Shown in pieces: positions 50,913 to 60,184 of a stretch of DNA of 64,000 nt. The stretch comes from an uncultured Gemmatimonadales bacterium. Lineage in GTDB: Bacteria; Gemmatimonadota; Gemmatimonadetes; Longimicrobiales; RSA9. The stretch's first letter is position 1, and each line of letters starts with the position of its first letter. The DNA lies in NCBI GenBank assembly GCA_963798845.1, contig CAWCUS010000006.1, positions 992,001-1,056,000 on the forward strand. The letters are read 5' to 3'. A program made the position numbers and the translations under genes. The notes below the pieces were generated by a model, which saw only the letters and a list, made by a program, of their open reading frames with translations, did no database searches and was not told the DNA's origin.

Positions 50913-51609
50913 GCTCCGGGGTCGTCGGATCCTGGTAACGGGGGCAACGGGCGGGATCGGACGCGCGGTGTCCCGGGCGCTGGCGGGCCGGGGCGCCCGG
51001 CTGCTGCTGAACGCGCGGCGCGAGGAGCCCCTGCGGGCGCTGGCGGCGGAGCTGGGGGGAGAGGCGCTGCCCGGAGACGTGGGCGATGCCGGGACGGTGG
51101 AACGGATCCGCCGTCGGGCGACCGCCGACGGTCCGCTGGATGCCCTGGTGAACGCTGCGGGCGCGTTCGACCTCGCGCCCGTGGCCGAGACGGACACCGC
51201 GATGTTCGACCGCATGGTGGAGGGCAATCTTCGAGGTCCGTTCCTCTGCATCCGGGCGTTCCTGCCGGCCATGCTGGAGCGGAAGTCCGGCCATGTGGTG
51301 ACCGTGGGCTCGGTGGCCGGGCGGGTGCCTTTCCCCGGCAACGGCGCCTACTCGGCGTCGAAGTTCGGGGTGCGCGGGCTGCACGCTGTGCTGGACCAGG
51401 AGCTACGGGGCACGGGTGTGCGCGCGACGCTCGTGGAGCCATCGGCGACGGACACCCGGATCTGGGACGCGCTCGACCCGGACACGCGCGAGGACCTGCC
51501 ATCGCGAAGCGGGATGCTGTCCGCCGATGCCGTGGCGGACGTGGTCCTGTATGTCCTTTCCCGGCCGGCGGAGGTGCGGATCCCCGTCGTGTCGGTTCAA
51601 CGGAGCTGA
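50896..51609 (+). CDS. SDR oxidoreductase (candidate pterin reductase)
   Basis: [18 protein letters not shown]; overlaps folE. Confidence 0.88.
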   Translation: MASSTELRGRRILVTGATGGIGRAVSRALAGRGARLLLNARREEPLRALAAELGGEALPGDVGDAGTVERIRRRATADGPLDALVNAAGAFDLAPVAETDTAMFDRMVEGNLRGPFLCIRAFLPAMLERKSGHVVTVGSVAGRVPFPGNGAYSASKFGVRGLHAVLDQELRGTGVRATLVEPSATDTRIWDALDPDTREDLPSRSGMLSADAVADVVLYVLSRPAEVRIPVVSVQRS

Positions 51610-51612
51610 TCC

Positions 51613-51999
51613 ATGTACGTTGTGACGGTTCAGGCGCACTACGACTCGGCCCACTATCTCCGGAAGTACAAGGGGAAGTGCGAGAAGCTGCACGGGCACC
51701 ATTACGTGGTCGAAGCCGCGTTGACCTCCGAAGAGCTGAACGAGGGGGGGCTGGCTTACGACTTCGTCGAGATCAAGCGGCACCTGCGGGATCTCGCGGA
51801 CTGGATGGACCACCAGAACATCAACGAGCTGGCGCCGTTCACCGAGCTGGAGCCGTCGGCCGAGAACCAGGCGCGTTTCTTTTTCGACGAGCTGAAGCGG
51901 CTGCTTCCCGAGGGCATGCGCGACGCGCTCCTCTTCGTCCGGATCTGGGAGACGCCCACCCAGTGGGCCCAGTACTCCGAGAAGCAGCTGTTCTTCTGA
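51613..51999 (+). CDS. queD: 6-carboxytetrahydropterin synthase, CX3HGH (QueD) type
   Basis: SAHYL..Y.GKCEKLHGH, DHQNIN, PSAEN, WETPT. Confidence 0.88.
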   Translation: MYVVTVQAHYDSAHYLRKYKGKCEKLHGHHYVVEAALTSEELNEGGLAYDFVEIKRHLRDLADWMDHQNINELAPFTELEPSAENQARFFFDELKRLLPEGMRDALLFVRIWETPTQWAQYSEKQLFF

Positions 52000-52048
52000 G
52001 CGCCCGCCGCCTCTGCCGCCCGCCGCTGGCGCCCGTCTCACCGCAGAC

Positions 52049-52738
52049 ATGAAGTCGTCGCTGAGCGACCTGGTGACCTGCCCCCGCTGCGGACCCGAGT
52101 GGGGGCTGGTCCTCATCCCCACACGCACTGCGGGCCGGCGGGTGGAGGAGGGCGTGCTGGGCTGTCCGAACTGCCGGGAGCGGTACCGGATCGCCGGTGG
52201 CGTGGCCAGCCTGGAAGTGCCCGGCGAGGCCCCGCGCGAGGGCGGCGACGACCAGGCGGAGGCGGCCGCGGCCGACCCGGAGCCTGCGGAGGAGGGCGCG
52301 GCCGCCGAGCGGGCGGTGCGCTTCGCCGCGCTCCTCGGCCTTGCCGAGGGCGGGGGCACGGTGGTTCTGGCCGGCGTGGCGGCAACCGACGCGGCGCGGA
52401 TCGCCGCCCTGCTCCCCGACGTGGATGTGGTGGAGGTGGTGAGGGACGCGCCCGCGGGGGCCGCGGCGGGGGGTGGTGACGGGGCGGCCGACGAACCGGA
52501 TGGGCCCGGATGGTCCGTGCTGCGCGTCTCCTCGGTGCTGCCGCTACGGAGCCGCGGGGCGAGGGCGGCGGCGCTCACGGGGTGGGCGTCGGAATGGATA
52601 GAGGAAGGAGCCCGCGTGGTAGGCATTGGGGGGCGCCTGGTCCTGGAGCCGGCGCCGCAAGACGCCGAAGCGCGGCTGACGGACGCCGGTCTGCGGATCC
52701 TGGCGAAACAGGGCGCCACGGTGGTGGCCGCGCGGTGA
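52049..52738 (+). CDS. Trm112-like zinc domain fused to degenerate methyltransferase-like domain
   Basis: LVTCPRC...EGVLGCPNCRERYRIAGGV; EEGARVVGIGGRLVL. Confidence 0.65.
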   Translation: MKSSLSDLVTCPRCGPEWGLVLIPTRTAGRRVEEGVLGCPNCRERYRIAGGVASLEVPGEAPREGGDDQAEAAAADPEPAEEGAAAERAVRFAALLGLAEGGGTVVLAGVAATDAARIAALLPDVDVVEVVRDAPAGAAAGGGDGAADEPDGPGWSVLRVSSVLPLRSRGARAAALTGWASEWIEEGARVVGIGGRLVLEPAPQDAEARLTDAGLRILAKQGATVVAAR

Positions 52739-52743
52739 GCCGA

Positions 52744-52772
52744 TTGCGTCGGCCCTGAGCCATTTCTATCTT
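52744..52772 (+). promoter_or_regulatory. putative sigma70 promoter
   Basis: TTGCGT-N17-TATCTT. Confidence 0.5.
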
Positions 52773-52820
52773 GCCGACTGACCCCATCGATCCTGCAGCA
52801 CCCTCCCGATCCCGGAGTCC

Positions 52821-53264
52821 ATGGACTTCCTGAAGAGACTGTTCGCCTCACCGGACGAGAAGGCGGTGGACTACTACCGCGAGGGAACGGAACTGCTCCG
52901 GGCGGGGCGGTACCACGAAGCGCTCACCTCCTTCCGGCTGGCGCAGCGGGACCGTCCAAAGGACCTGGCGGTGCTGCAACAGATCGCCATCACCTATACC
53001 CGGATCGGCATGACCGATGAGGCGGCGAAGACGTACCGCACCGTCCTGGAACGCGATCCCGGGGCCGCTGGCGCTCACTACGGCCTTGCGTTCCTGCACC
53101 TGTCGGCAGGGCGCGCCGACCAGGCGAAGGAGCACCTGCGCAGCTTCCTCGCCTCGCCGCCGCAGGATGCGGAGGCGCAGCGGCACGTCGACCATGCCCG
53201 GGCAACGCTCGACCGGCTGGAAGGGGGCCATGGGACCGAGGGGGCCGGGGGCGAGCTGATGTGA
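52821..53264 (+). CDS. tetratricopeptide repeat protein
   Basis: repeated G...A...[FY]..AL..DP, AHYGLA motifs. Confidence 0.88.
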   Translation: MDFLKRLFASPDEKAVDYYREGTELLRAGRYHEALTSFRLAQRDRPKDLAVLQQIAITYTRIGMTDEAAKTYRTVLERDPGAAGAHYGLAFLHLSAGRADQAKEHLRSFLASPPQDAEAQRHVDHARATLDRLEGGHGTEGAGGELM

Positions 53265-53668
53265 GCGACGTCCTCGTCGTGGCCCGGTGGCAGGGAGATC
53301 TCCGCTTCGAGGCGACCGGGGCGGCGGGAACGCCGGTCGCGGTGGACGGGAACCGCGAAGCGGGCGTGTCTCCGATGGAGCTGCTCCTGATCGGGCTCGC
53401 CACGTGCATGGGCGCCGACGTGGCCGACATCCTCACGCGGATGCACGTGCCATTCACGGCGCTGAGCGTGAGGGCCGAAGGGGATCGTCGGGCGAAGGCC
53501 CCCCGCCGCTACGAGGCGGTGCGCCTGGTATACGAGACGGAGGGGATCGCCGAGGAGAGTGCGGGCAAGCTCCAGCGGGCGATCGATCTTTCGCGGGACA
53601 GGTATTGCAGCGTGCTGCACACGCTCCAGCCGGAGCTCGAGCTGTCCATCGAGGTCCAGCGCGGCTGA
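53261..53668 (+). CDS. OsmC family protein
   Basis: SPMELLLIGLATC, YCSV. Confidence 0.9.
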   Translation: MSDVLVVARWQGDLRFEATGAAGTPVAVDGNREAGVSPMELLLIGLATCMGADVADILTRMHVPFTALSVRAEGDRRAKAPRRYEAVRLVYETEGIAEESAGKLQRAIDLSRDRYCSVLHTLQPELELSIEVQRG

Positions 53669-53695
53669 GCGCCCCCCAGACAACCGGAGACTGCC

Positions 53696-55555
53696 ATGGC
53701 GATGGCTCCCGACAGCACCCGCCAGTACGCCGCCAACCCCGCCGACCTCCCCCGGGGGACCCTGCTGGAGCTGTTCTTCCATGCCGTGGATGAGGTGGAC
53801 AGCGAGGACGCTCTTCGTCACCGGGTGGCGCCGGGCGAGTGGAGGTCGATCTCGCACCGTGCCTTCCTCGAGCGGGTCCGACACACGTCGCTGGGGCTCC
53901 GTGCCCTCGGGCTGGAGCGTGGGCAGCGCGTGGCGATCCTGTCCGAGAACCGGCCGGAGTGGGCGCAGGCGGACTGGGCTGCGCTGTGCGCCGGGATCAC
54001 GGACATCCCGGTTTACGACACGCTCCCGTCCAACCAGGTGGCGTACATCCTCAAGGACGCGGAGATCCGGCTGATCTTCGTGTCCAGTCCCGAGCAGCTC
54101 GCGAAGGTGCAGGAGATCTGGGACGAGGTTCCGTCGCTGGAGCGGGCCGTGCTGTTCGACGGGACATCGGACGACGCCCGCGTGCTGACGCTGGCGAAGC
54201 TCCAGGAGCAGGGGGCGGAGGAAGAGGCGGCCGGGCGAGGGAGCGACTTTCGCGAGCGCGCGCTCGCGACGCAGCCGGACGATGTCGCCACCATGCTGTA
54301 CACGTCGGGCACCACGGGTCCACCGAAGGGCGTGCTCCTGTCGCACAACAACATCTACAGCAACGTGCAGGCGGTGGACCGGGCGTTCTACGCCGGCCCC
54401 GAGGACGTGGCCGTGAGCTTTCTTCCGCTCTCCCACATCCTGGAGCGGATGGTGGACTACTGGCTGTTCTCGCACGGCGTGACCATCGCGTACGTTCACG
54501 ACATCCAGCTCGTGGCCGACTCGCTGGTGGAGGTGCGCCCCACGATCGCGGTTTCCACGCCGCGGCTCTACGAGAAGGTGTACGACCGGGTCATGTCCCA
54601 GACCGGCGCGAAGGGGAAGATCGTGTCGTGGGCGGCGGGCGTGGCAAGGGAGTGGACGGCGGCGAAGATGGCGGGCCGCTCGCCCGGTATCGCCACGGCG
54701 CTGCAGCGGCCGGTGGCGGACCGGCTGGTGTTCCACAAGCTGCGAGGTCGGATCGGCGGGCGGCTCCGGTTCTTCATCTCGGGCGGCGCGCCGCTGGCGC
54801 AGCACGTAGCCACGTTCTTCTACGGCGCCGGCGTGCTCGTGCTGGAGGGGTACGGACTCACCGAGACCTCACCCGTGACGAACGTGAACACGGAGGCGGA
54901 CCTGCGCTTCGGGACGGTTGGGAAGCCCGTCGCCGGAACGGAGATCATGATCGCGGACGACGGCGAGATCCTGGTCCGGGGGCCGCAGGTGATGCAGGGC
55001 TACTTCAACCGGCCGGAGGACACGGCGGCGGTCATCGACAGCGACGGGTGGTTCCACACGGGGGATATCGGTGAGATCGACCACGACGGCTACCTGCGGA
55101 TCACGGACCGGAAGAAGGACCTGATCGTCACGGCCGGCGGGAAGAACATCGCGCCGCAGCCCATCGAGAACCGGGTGAAGGAGAGCCCGTTCATCGACGA
55201 GGCGGTCATGGTTGGAGACCGGCGCCCGTATCCGGTGCTGCTCCTGGTGCCGAACCCGGAGAAGCTGTCGGAGTGGGCGGCGTCGCAGGGAATGGACGCG
55301 AGCGCGGGCGGGTTCCTGGCCGATCCGCGCACGGTGGAGAAGCTGGAAGCCGAGTCGCTGGGTCGACTGGGGGAAGGGTTCGCCCGCTTCGAGCGCCCGA
55401 AGAAGGTCGCGCTCCTGGACGCGGAATTCTCGGTGGGCGGGGGGGAGCTGACGCCGACGCAGAAGGTGAAGCGCCGCGTGGTCGAGGAGCGCTACCGCGA
55501 CGCCATCGAAGGACTGTACAATGAGGAGCGGATCGCGGTGGGCGATGGTGAGTGA
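53696..55555 (+). CDS. long-chain fatty acid-CoA ligase
   Basis: YTSGTTGPPKG, FLPLSH, SGGAPL, EGYGLTE, GWFHTGDIG, ITDRKKD. Confidence 0.95.
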   Translation: MAMAPDSTRQYAANPADLPRGTLLELFFHAVDEVDSEDALRHRVAPGEWRSISHRAFLERVRHTSLGLRALGLERGQRVAILSENRPEWAQADWAALCAGITDIPVYDTLPSNQVAYILKDAEIRLIFVSSPEQLAKVQEIWDEVPSLERAVLFDGTSDDARVLTLAKLQEQGAEEEAAGRGSDFRERALATQPDDVATMLYTSGTTGPPKGVLLSHNNIYSNVQAVDRAFYAGPEDVAVSFLPLSHILERMVDYWLFSHGVTIAYVHDIQLVADSLVEVRPTIAVSTPRLYEKVYDRVMSQTGAKGKIVSWAAGVAREWTAAKMAGRSPGIATALQRPVADRLVFHKLRGRIGGRLRFFISGGAPLAQHVATFFYGAGVLVLEGYGLTETSPVTNVNTEADLRFGTVGKPVAGTEIMIADDGEILVRGPQVMQGYFNRPEDTAAVIDSDGWFHTGDIGEIDHDGYLRITDRKKDLIVTAGGKNIAPQPIENRVKESPFIDEAVMVGDRRPYPVLLLVPNPEKLSEWAASQGMDASAGGFLADPRTVEKLEAESLGRLGEGFARFERPKKVALLDAEFSVGGGELTPTQKVKRRVVEERYRDAIEGLYNEERIAVGDGE

Positions 55556-55880
55556 CGGGGGCGCCCGGATCGTGCTCGTGACCGCGCCCGATCCCGTCAC
55601 GGCGGAGTCGCTGGTGCGCCGGCTCGTGGACGAGCGGGTGGTCGCGTGCGGGACCATCCTTCCCGGCGCCACGTCCATTTACCGGTGGGAGGGCGAGGTG
55701 GAGCGTGCGGACGAGGCAGTGATCGTGTTCAAGACCACGGCCGCCTCGGCGGAGCGGTTGATCCAGCGGGTGCCCGAGCTGCACCCGTACGATGTCCCGG
55801 AGGTGCTGGTGCTGCCGGTGGAATCCGGTCACGGCCCGTACCTCGACTGGGTGGGCGCAAACGTGGGCGGAGATTCGTGA
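55545..55880 (+). CDS. cutA: divalent-cation tolerance protein CutA
   Basis: VACG, SIYRWEG, KT, LHPYDVPE. Confidence 0.93.
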   Translation: MVSDGGARIVLVTAPDPVTAESLVRRLVDERVVACGTILPGATSIYRWEGEVERADEAVIVFKTTAASAERLIQRVPELHPYDVPEVLVLPVESGHGPYLDWVGANVGGDS

Positions 55881-56578
55881 TGGAAGGCGTAGGCCAGAGA
55901 CGCGGACGGAAGGGGAAAGGCGAGGTCGAGCAAGCGCAGCCGGGGACGAGTGCGCCGGGCGGGGCGGCTCGAGCAGGCGTTGGCCCGAAATCCGGATCAG
56001 GGGCGGAGAGCGCGGGCGCGGCCGCGCTCGCCGAAGCTCGCCAGCGTGTGGTGGATGATCCGGGCGATGTCGCCGCGCGGCTGGCGCTGGCGGCGATCCA
56101 CCGCGAGCGCGGAGAAGCGCCGCTGGCGGTGGAGCAGCTGGAGGCGGTGCGCGCGCAGGTGCCGGACGACGTCGACGTGCTGGTGGCGCTCGGGGTGGCG
56201 CTGGCGGCGGCGGGCCGTTCGAACGACGCCGAGAAGGAGCTCCGGCGAGCCCAGCGGCTGGACCCGCAGCGGGCGGAGCCACACACCCAGCTGGGCGTGC
56301 TGCTCTTCAAGCGAGGGCTCTGCCGCCAGGCGGAGACGGAGCTTCGCCGCGCAATCGAGCTGGACGAGCGGGACGCGGACGCGTGCTTCTACCGGGGCGA
56401 AGCGCTGAACCAGCTCGGGGAAGTGGATGGAGCGCTGGAGATGCTGCAGCGTGCGGTACGCTTCCAGCCGGGCAACGCGCGCGCGTACTACACGATGGGC
56501 ATCCTCTACGACCGCAAGCACCTGACCGAGGAAGCCACGGCCATGTACCGGAAGGCCCGGGAGGTCGGCTCGGGATGA
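55880..56578 (+). CDS. tetratricopeptide repeat protein
   Basis: about 5 TPR-like repeats. Confidence 0.88.
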   Translation: MEGVGQRRGRKGKGEVEQAQPGTSAPGGAARAGVGPKSGSGAESAGAAALAEARQRVVDDPGDVAARLALAAIHRERGEAPLAVEQLEAVRAQVPDDVDVLVALGVALAAAGRSNDAEKELRRAQRLDPQRAEPHTQLGVLLFKRGLCRQAETELRRAIELDERDADACFYRGEALNQLGEVDGALEMLQRAVRFQPGNARAYYTMGILYDRKHLTEEATAMYRKAREVGSG

Positions 56579-57099
56579 TCGAAGTCCGCGTGGCCGAGCT
56601 GGCGGACGTGCCGGCGGGCGCCGCGCTCCGCCCCGTGGCTTCGGACTTCTCACCAGTGAACCCGGCCATGATCCGCTTCGACCGGGCAGCGGGCGCGGCC
56701 GTGGCGGCGCAGTGCGCGAGCCTGGGCGACATTCCGGTCGGCTCGGCGGTGATCACGCCGGGCGGAGAGCTGGATGCCGAGTACATCGTGCACGTGGCGG
56801 TGCGCTCCACGGACGAGAACGTCTCGCGTGCAGCCGTGCAACGCGGTCTGCTCAACGGTCTGAGGCGGCTGGAGCAGTGGGGGATCGAGAGCGTGGCCGT
56901 CGCGCCGCTGGGGGTGGGGGCGGGGAACCTCGACGCGGAGGAGTCAGCGGACGCGATGCTGCCGGTGCTGGTGGAGCACATGCGCGGAAGCCGTCACCCG
57001 TCCACCATCATCCTGGCCGTGGAGGACGCCTACCAGCGCGACGCGTTCGCCGCCGCAGTGGCGCGCCACGCGGGAAAGCTGTCGGGGAAGAGGGCCTGA
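56575..57099 (+). CDS. macro-domain protein with degenerate ADP-ribose-binding loops
   Basis: GSAVITPGGELDAEYIVHVA, SVAVAPLGVGAG; lacks NAAN and GGG. Confidence 0.8.
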   Translation: MIEVRVAELADVPAGAALRPVASDFSPVNPAMIRFDRAAGAAVAAQCASLGDIPVGSAVITPGGELDAEYIVHVAVRSTDENVSRAAVQRGLLNGLRRLEQWGIESVAVAPLGVGAGNLDAEESADAMLPVLVEHMRGSRHPSTIILAVEDAYQRDAFAAAVARHAGKLSGKRA

Positions 57100-57340
57100 C
57101 CCCGAGGCCCTGGCGGCACGATTCCTGTTCGCCGCTCGGGGCCGGAGGTACGAACGCCGCCCCGGCCTGGCCGTGGGCACGAACCAAGCACTGAACGCGG
57201 GCCCATTCATGACGACGCTCTCCCCAGCGACGATCCTCTTCGCGACTTTCGCCATCGGCACGCCGACGCAGTCCCCGGCCCCCGCCTTCGTTCCGCCGCG
57301 ATTGGACGGGCGACGGATCGCGGAGGAGGAGTCGTAGGCC

Positions 57341-57733
57341 ATGGCGACGACCGAGCGGAGCCGGCCTCCGGCGCACCTCCATCTCCCCGGCTCCGGCGAC
57401 GCCCCGGCGTCCGTGGAGATCATCTACCAGCCGCGGCCGACCCGCATAGCACGAGCGATGATGATCCTGGTGGTCTCCATCCTGATCATGCCCGTCGTGT
57501 TCTTCATCCCACCGCACTTCCTCTGGCCGCTCCTGTCGCTGGCGGCCGGGATCTACTTCGCCCGGAAGTACTGGATCGGCGAGTACTACGTCACCGAGTT
57601 CGAGGGCGCGTGTCCGCGCTGCGGCGGCGCGCTGGAGCTGAAGTCGGGGTCGAGGATCCGCAATCCGGAGGTGCTGGAGTGCTACGGCTGTCACCGTCAG
57701 CCGGAGCTGGTGGTCGATGAACCGGGAGGGTGA
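57341..57733 (+). CDS. membrane protein with C-terminal zinc ribbon
   Basis: two TM helices with IPPH; CPRC...[14 protein letters not shown]. Confidence 0.8.
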   Translation: MATTERSRPPAHLHLPGSGDAPASVEIIYQPRPTRIARAMMILVVSILIMPVVFFIPPHFLWPLLSLAAGIYFARKYWIGEYYVTEFEGACPRCGGALELKSGSRIRNPEVLECYGCHRQPELVVDEPGG

Positions 57734-57968
57734 CCGGGGAGCCGACCTGGAGCTCGCCCTCCTCGCCGCCACGGAGGCGGGGGAAGCGGTGGTGGATCCG
57801 ATCGACGGGACCCGGTCATTCATCGCGGGGTACCGCGAGTTCGCCATCTCCGTCGCCCTGGTCGCCGCGCCGGTGCTGCACCGTCGACTGCTGGCCACGG
57901 TGGCCCGGCTCGGCGCCCGTCGCGAAGACAGCGGAGGGGGCATGCGGACCGCGGAAGGAGAGGATTGA
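57717..57968 (+). pseudogene. internally deleted inositol monophosphatase/CysQ family remnant
   Basis: DLELALLAATEAGEAV joined directly to VDPIDGTRSF..G..EFAISVALV, joined directly to AAPVLHRRLL; only 83 aa. Confidence 0.8.
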
Positions 57969-58150
57969 TGCTGCAGATCGTCGGGATGGTGGTGGCACTC
58001 CTGGTCGGCTTCTACATTGGGTTCGGCTTTCCCGGGCTTCCCGGGCGCAAGGACCGCGTGCTGCCCAGAGGGATGAGGCGGCGGCGGCGAACCTTCACGC
58101 CGCTCGACCTGCTCCGGCGGTGGGAGCGTCCGAGCGAGCGGCGTCGGTGA
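57968..58150 (+). CDS. small single-TM basic protein
   Basis: GGAGAGG RBS, TGATG coupling, N-terminal TM, Arg-rich tail. Confidence 0.65.
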   Translation: MLQIVGMVVALLVGFYIGFGFPGLPGRKDRVLPRGMRRRRRTFTPLDLLRRWERPSERRR

Positions 58151-58623
58151 CAGCGGGGGAAGCGGGCGCGATCGAAGCGGGCGCGGTCCAGCCGGCGCGG
58201 GCGCGTCCCGATGAGTTCCGCTTCGTCCACCCCGTGGAGGTGCGCTTCCGGGACCTCGACCCCATGGGGCACGTGCATCACTCGCTCCCGCTCATGTACT
58301 GGGAGGAGGCTCGTGCGCGGTACTGGCGCCAGGTTGCGGGCCGGGCGACGGTCGACGCCATCGACTACGTGATGGGCGAGTTCACGCTCCGTTTCCACCA
58401 GCGGATCCGATTCCCCGCGCAGCTGCGCGCGGGCGTCCGTGTGACGCGGCTCGGCGGGCGGAGCTGGGAAATGGAGTACGGACTGTGGTCGGAGGACGGG
58501 ACGCCGCTCGCTTCCGGGAGGAGCACGCAGGTGATGTTCGACTACGCGGCCGGGTCGTCGAAGCCGCTCGACCCCGAAACGCGGGCCCGGATCGAGGCTT
58601 TCGAAGGGCGGCCGCTCAGGTGA
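58147..58623 (+). CDS. acyl-CoA thioesterase (4HBT/hotdog)
   Basis: VRFRDLDPMGHV, YWEEAR, VTRLGGRS. Confidence 0.9.
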   Translation: MTAGEAGAIEAGAVQPARARPDEFRFVHPVEVRFRDLDPMGHVHHSLPLMYWEEARARYWRQVAGRATVDAIDYVMGEFTLRFHQRIRFPAQLRAGVRVTRLGGRSWEMEYGLWSEDGTPLASGRSTQVMFDYAAGSSKPLDPETRARIEAFEGRPLR

Positions 58624-60184
58624 GCGCCTGCACCGCGACCAGGGTGACGCCGATGATCGCGCCGAGCACGTAGCCCAGGTAGACGATCAGCTGGAGCTCG
58701 CGCTGTGTGACGCCCCGCACCAGCTCCTCCACCTTCACCATCGGGTACTCCAGGATCTTCTGCTCGACCTTGCCCGCGATGTCGATGCGCTGGGCGACGG
58801 CGGGAACCTGCTCCTGGAGCCAGTTCCAGAGCGGGTCCTCGATCGCGGCCCGCAGGCGCTGCGCGGCATCGTCGCCGAGCAGGTCGGCGGGTCGGCCGAT
58901 CGCCCGGTTCAGCAGCAGCTCCAGGCCCCGCTCCACCACTTCACGGTAGAGCCTCGCCGCCTCGTCGCTGCGCGCAGCCGCGACCAGTGTGTCCGCCACC
59001 CGATCGGGCGGAAGGCGGCGGAGGAGGTCGCCCCAGGTGCGCTGCTCCGCGGCGCCCAGAGTCGACCGCAGCTTCTCGACGAGGAACTCCCGCGTCTGGG
59101 CATCGCGGGCGACGCCCAGCACCCAGCCGCCCACGGTCTCCTTCGCCTGCTCCACACTCGGGTCGCCGGGGCGCCCGAGGACTTCCGCCACCGGTCGGCG
59201 CAGAAAATCCACGATGGCGTCGTTGACGCTGCGCGCCATGGCGTCCCTCACGGCCGGCTCGTGCAGGAGCTCCGACAGGTTCGCCGCGCCTTCCGTCTCC
59301 ATGGCGCGGATCACCCGGTCCACGGTGTCGGGCGGAATGATCAGGGCGGCGACCACGCGCTTGTAGAAGTTCAGGTCCTGGAGGAATCGCTCCAGGAGGC
59401 GGTGGAGCACGGCCCGGAGCTTCTCGCGGGCGTCCGGGTCGTCCAGCAACCCGGCCAGGCGCTCGATGGCCAGTGGGAGGTAGCCCGCGATCCCTTTCTC
59501 CACCGCGGCCACCAGCCCCATGGGGAGCAGCGCTTCGAAGGTCCGGCCCGGAGCCAGGAGCCGGTTGCCGGCGCGGTCCAGGTAGTCGCGCACGGCCAGC
59601 TCGAAGCCGGTGCCCTCGACCGCGTCCTGGATGAGCCGATGGGCGAGGTCCGTCACTGCCTCCTCGCGCTCCTCGGTGAGGATCTCCGATACCGGGCGGT
59701 CGCGGAGTTCCTCGAGCAGCCGCGCGCTCCAGCGCCGGGCCGCGTCGATGAACGCGTCGCTCTCCAGGTAGCCATCCAGGCGACGGAGAGCCGAGTCCGT
59801 GACTTCGTCCAGCAGCGGCCGGATCTCGTCCAGCGCCCGGGGCGGCAGCAGCTCCGCGAGGGCGGGCCGCTCCTGCTCCAGGAGGTCGCGAAGGAAGTGG
59901 TCGAGGCGGTCGTCGAAAGTCTCCCGGAACGCCGGCTCGGCCAGCGCGCGGGCGAGGTCGTCGCCGGTGAGCAGGCGCTCGCCGACGGTGCGGCCCATGG
60001 CGGCCGCGAGCCGCTCGCGGTTCTTGGGAATCGCGCCCTGCAGGAGCCGGAGCCGCCAGCGGCCGAGGCGGGGAGGCTCGTAGGGGTGGAAGAGCATCCA
60101 GATCGCGACGCTGTTGGTGATCCCGCCGGCGAGCGCGCCGAACGCCACCGTGACGGCGGCCTGGATGGTGGGACCCACGATCAC
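58616..60184 (-). CDS. DUF445 family membrane-anchored protein
   Basis: GGITNSVAIWMLFHP, QGAIPKNRERLA, ELQLIVYLGYVLGAIIG. Confidence 0.88.
   Translation of the reverse strand: MIVGPTIQAAVTVAFGALAGGITNSVAIWMLFHPYEPPRLGRWRLRLLQGAIPKNRERLAAAMGRTVGERLLTGDDLARALAEPAFRETFDDRLDHFLRDLLEQERPALAELLPPRALDEIRPLLDEVTDSALRRLDGYLESDAFIDAARRWSARLLEELRDRPVSEILTEEREEAVTDLAHRLIQDAVEGTGFELAVRDYLDRAGNRLLAPGRTFEALLPMGLVAAVEKGIAGYLPLAIERLAGLLDDPDAREKLRAVLHRLLERFLQDLNFYKRVVAALIIPPDTVDRVIRAMETEGAANLSELLHEPAVRDAMARSVNDAIVDFLRRPVAEVLGRPGDPSVEQAKETVGGWVLGVARDAQTREFLVEKLRSTLGAAEQRTWGDLLRRLPPDRVADTLVAAARSDEAARLYREVVERGLELLLNRAIGRPADLLGDDAAQRLRAAIEDPLWNWLQEQVPAVAQRIDIAGKVEQKILEYPMVKVEELVRGVTQRELQLIVYLGYVLGAIIGVTLVAVQALT

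Noticed and set aside
57209..57337. 42-aa ORF MTTLSPATILFATFAIG...
   Set aside because: No RBS or recognisable motif; cannot be supported
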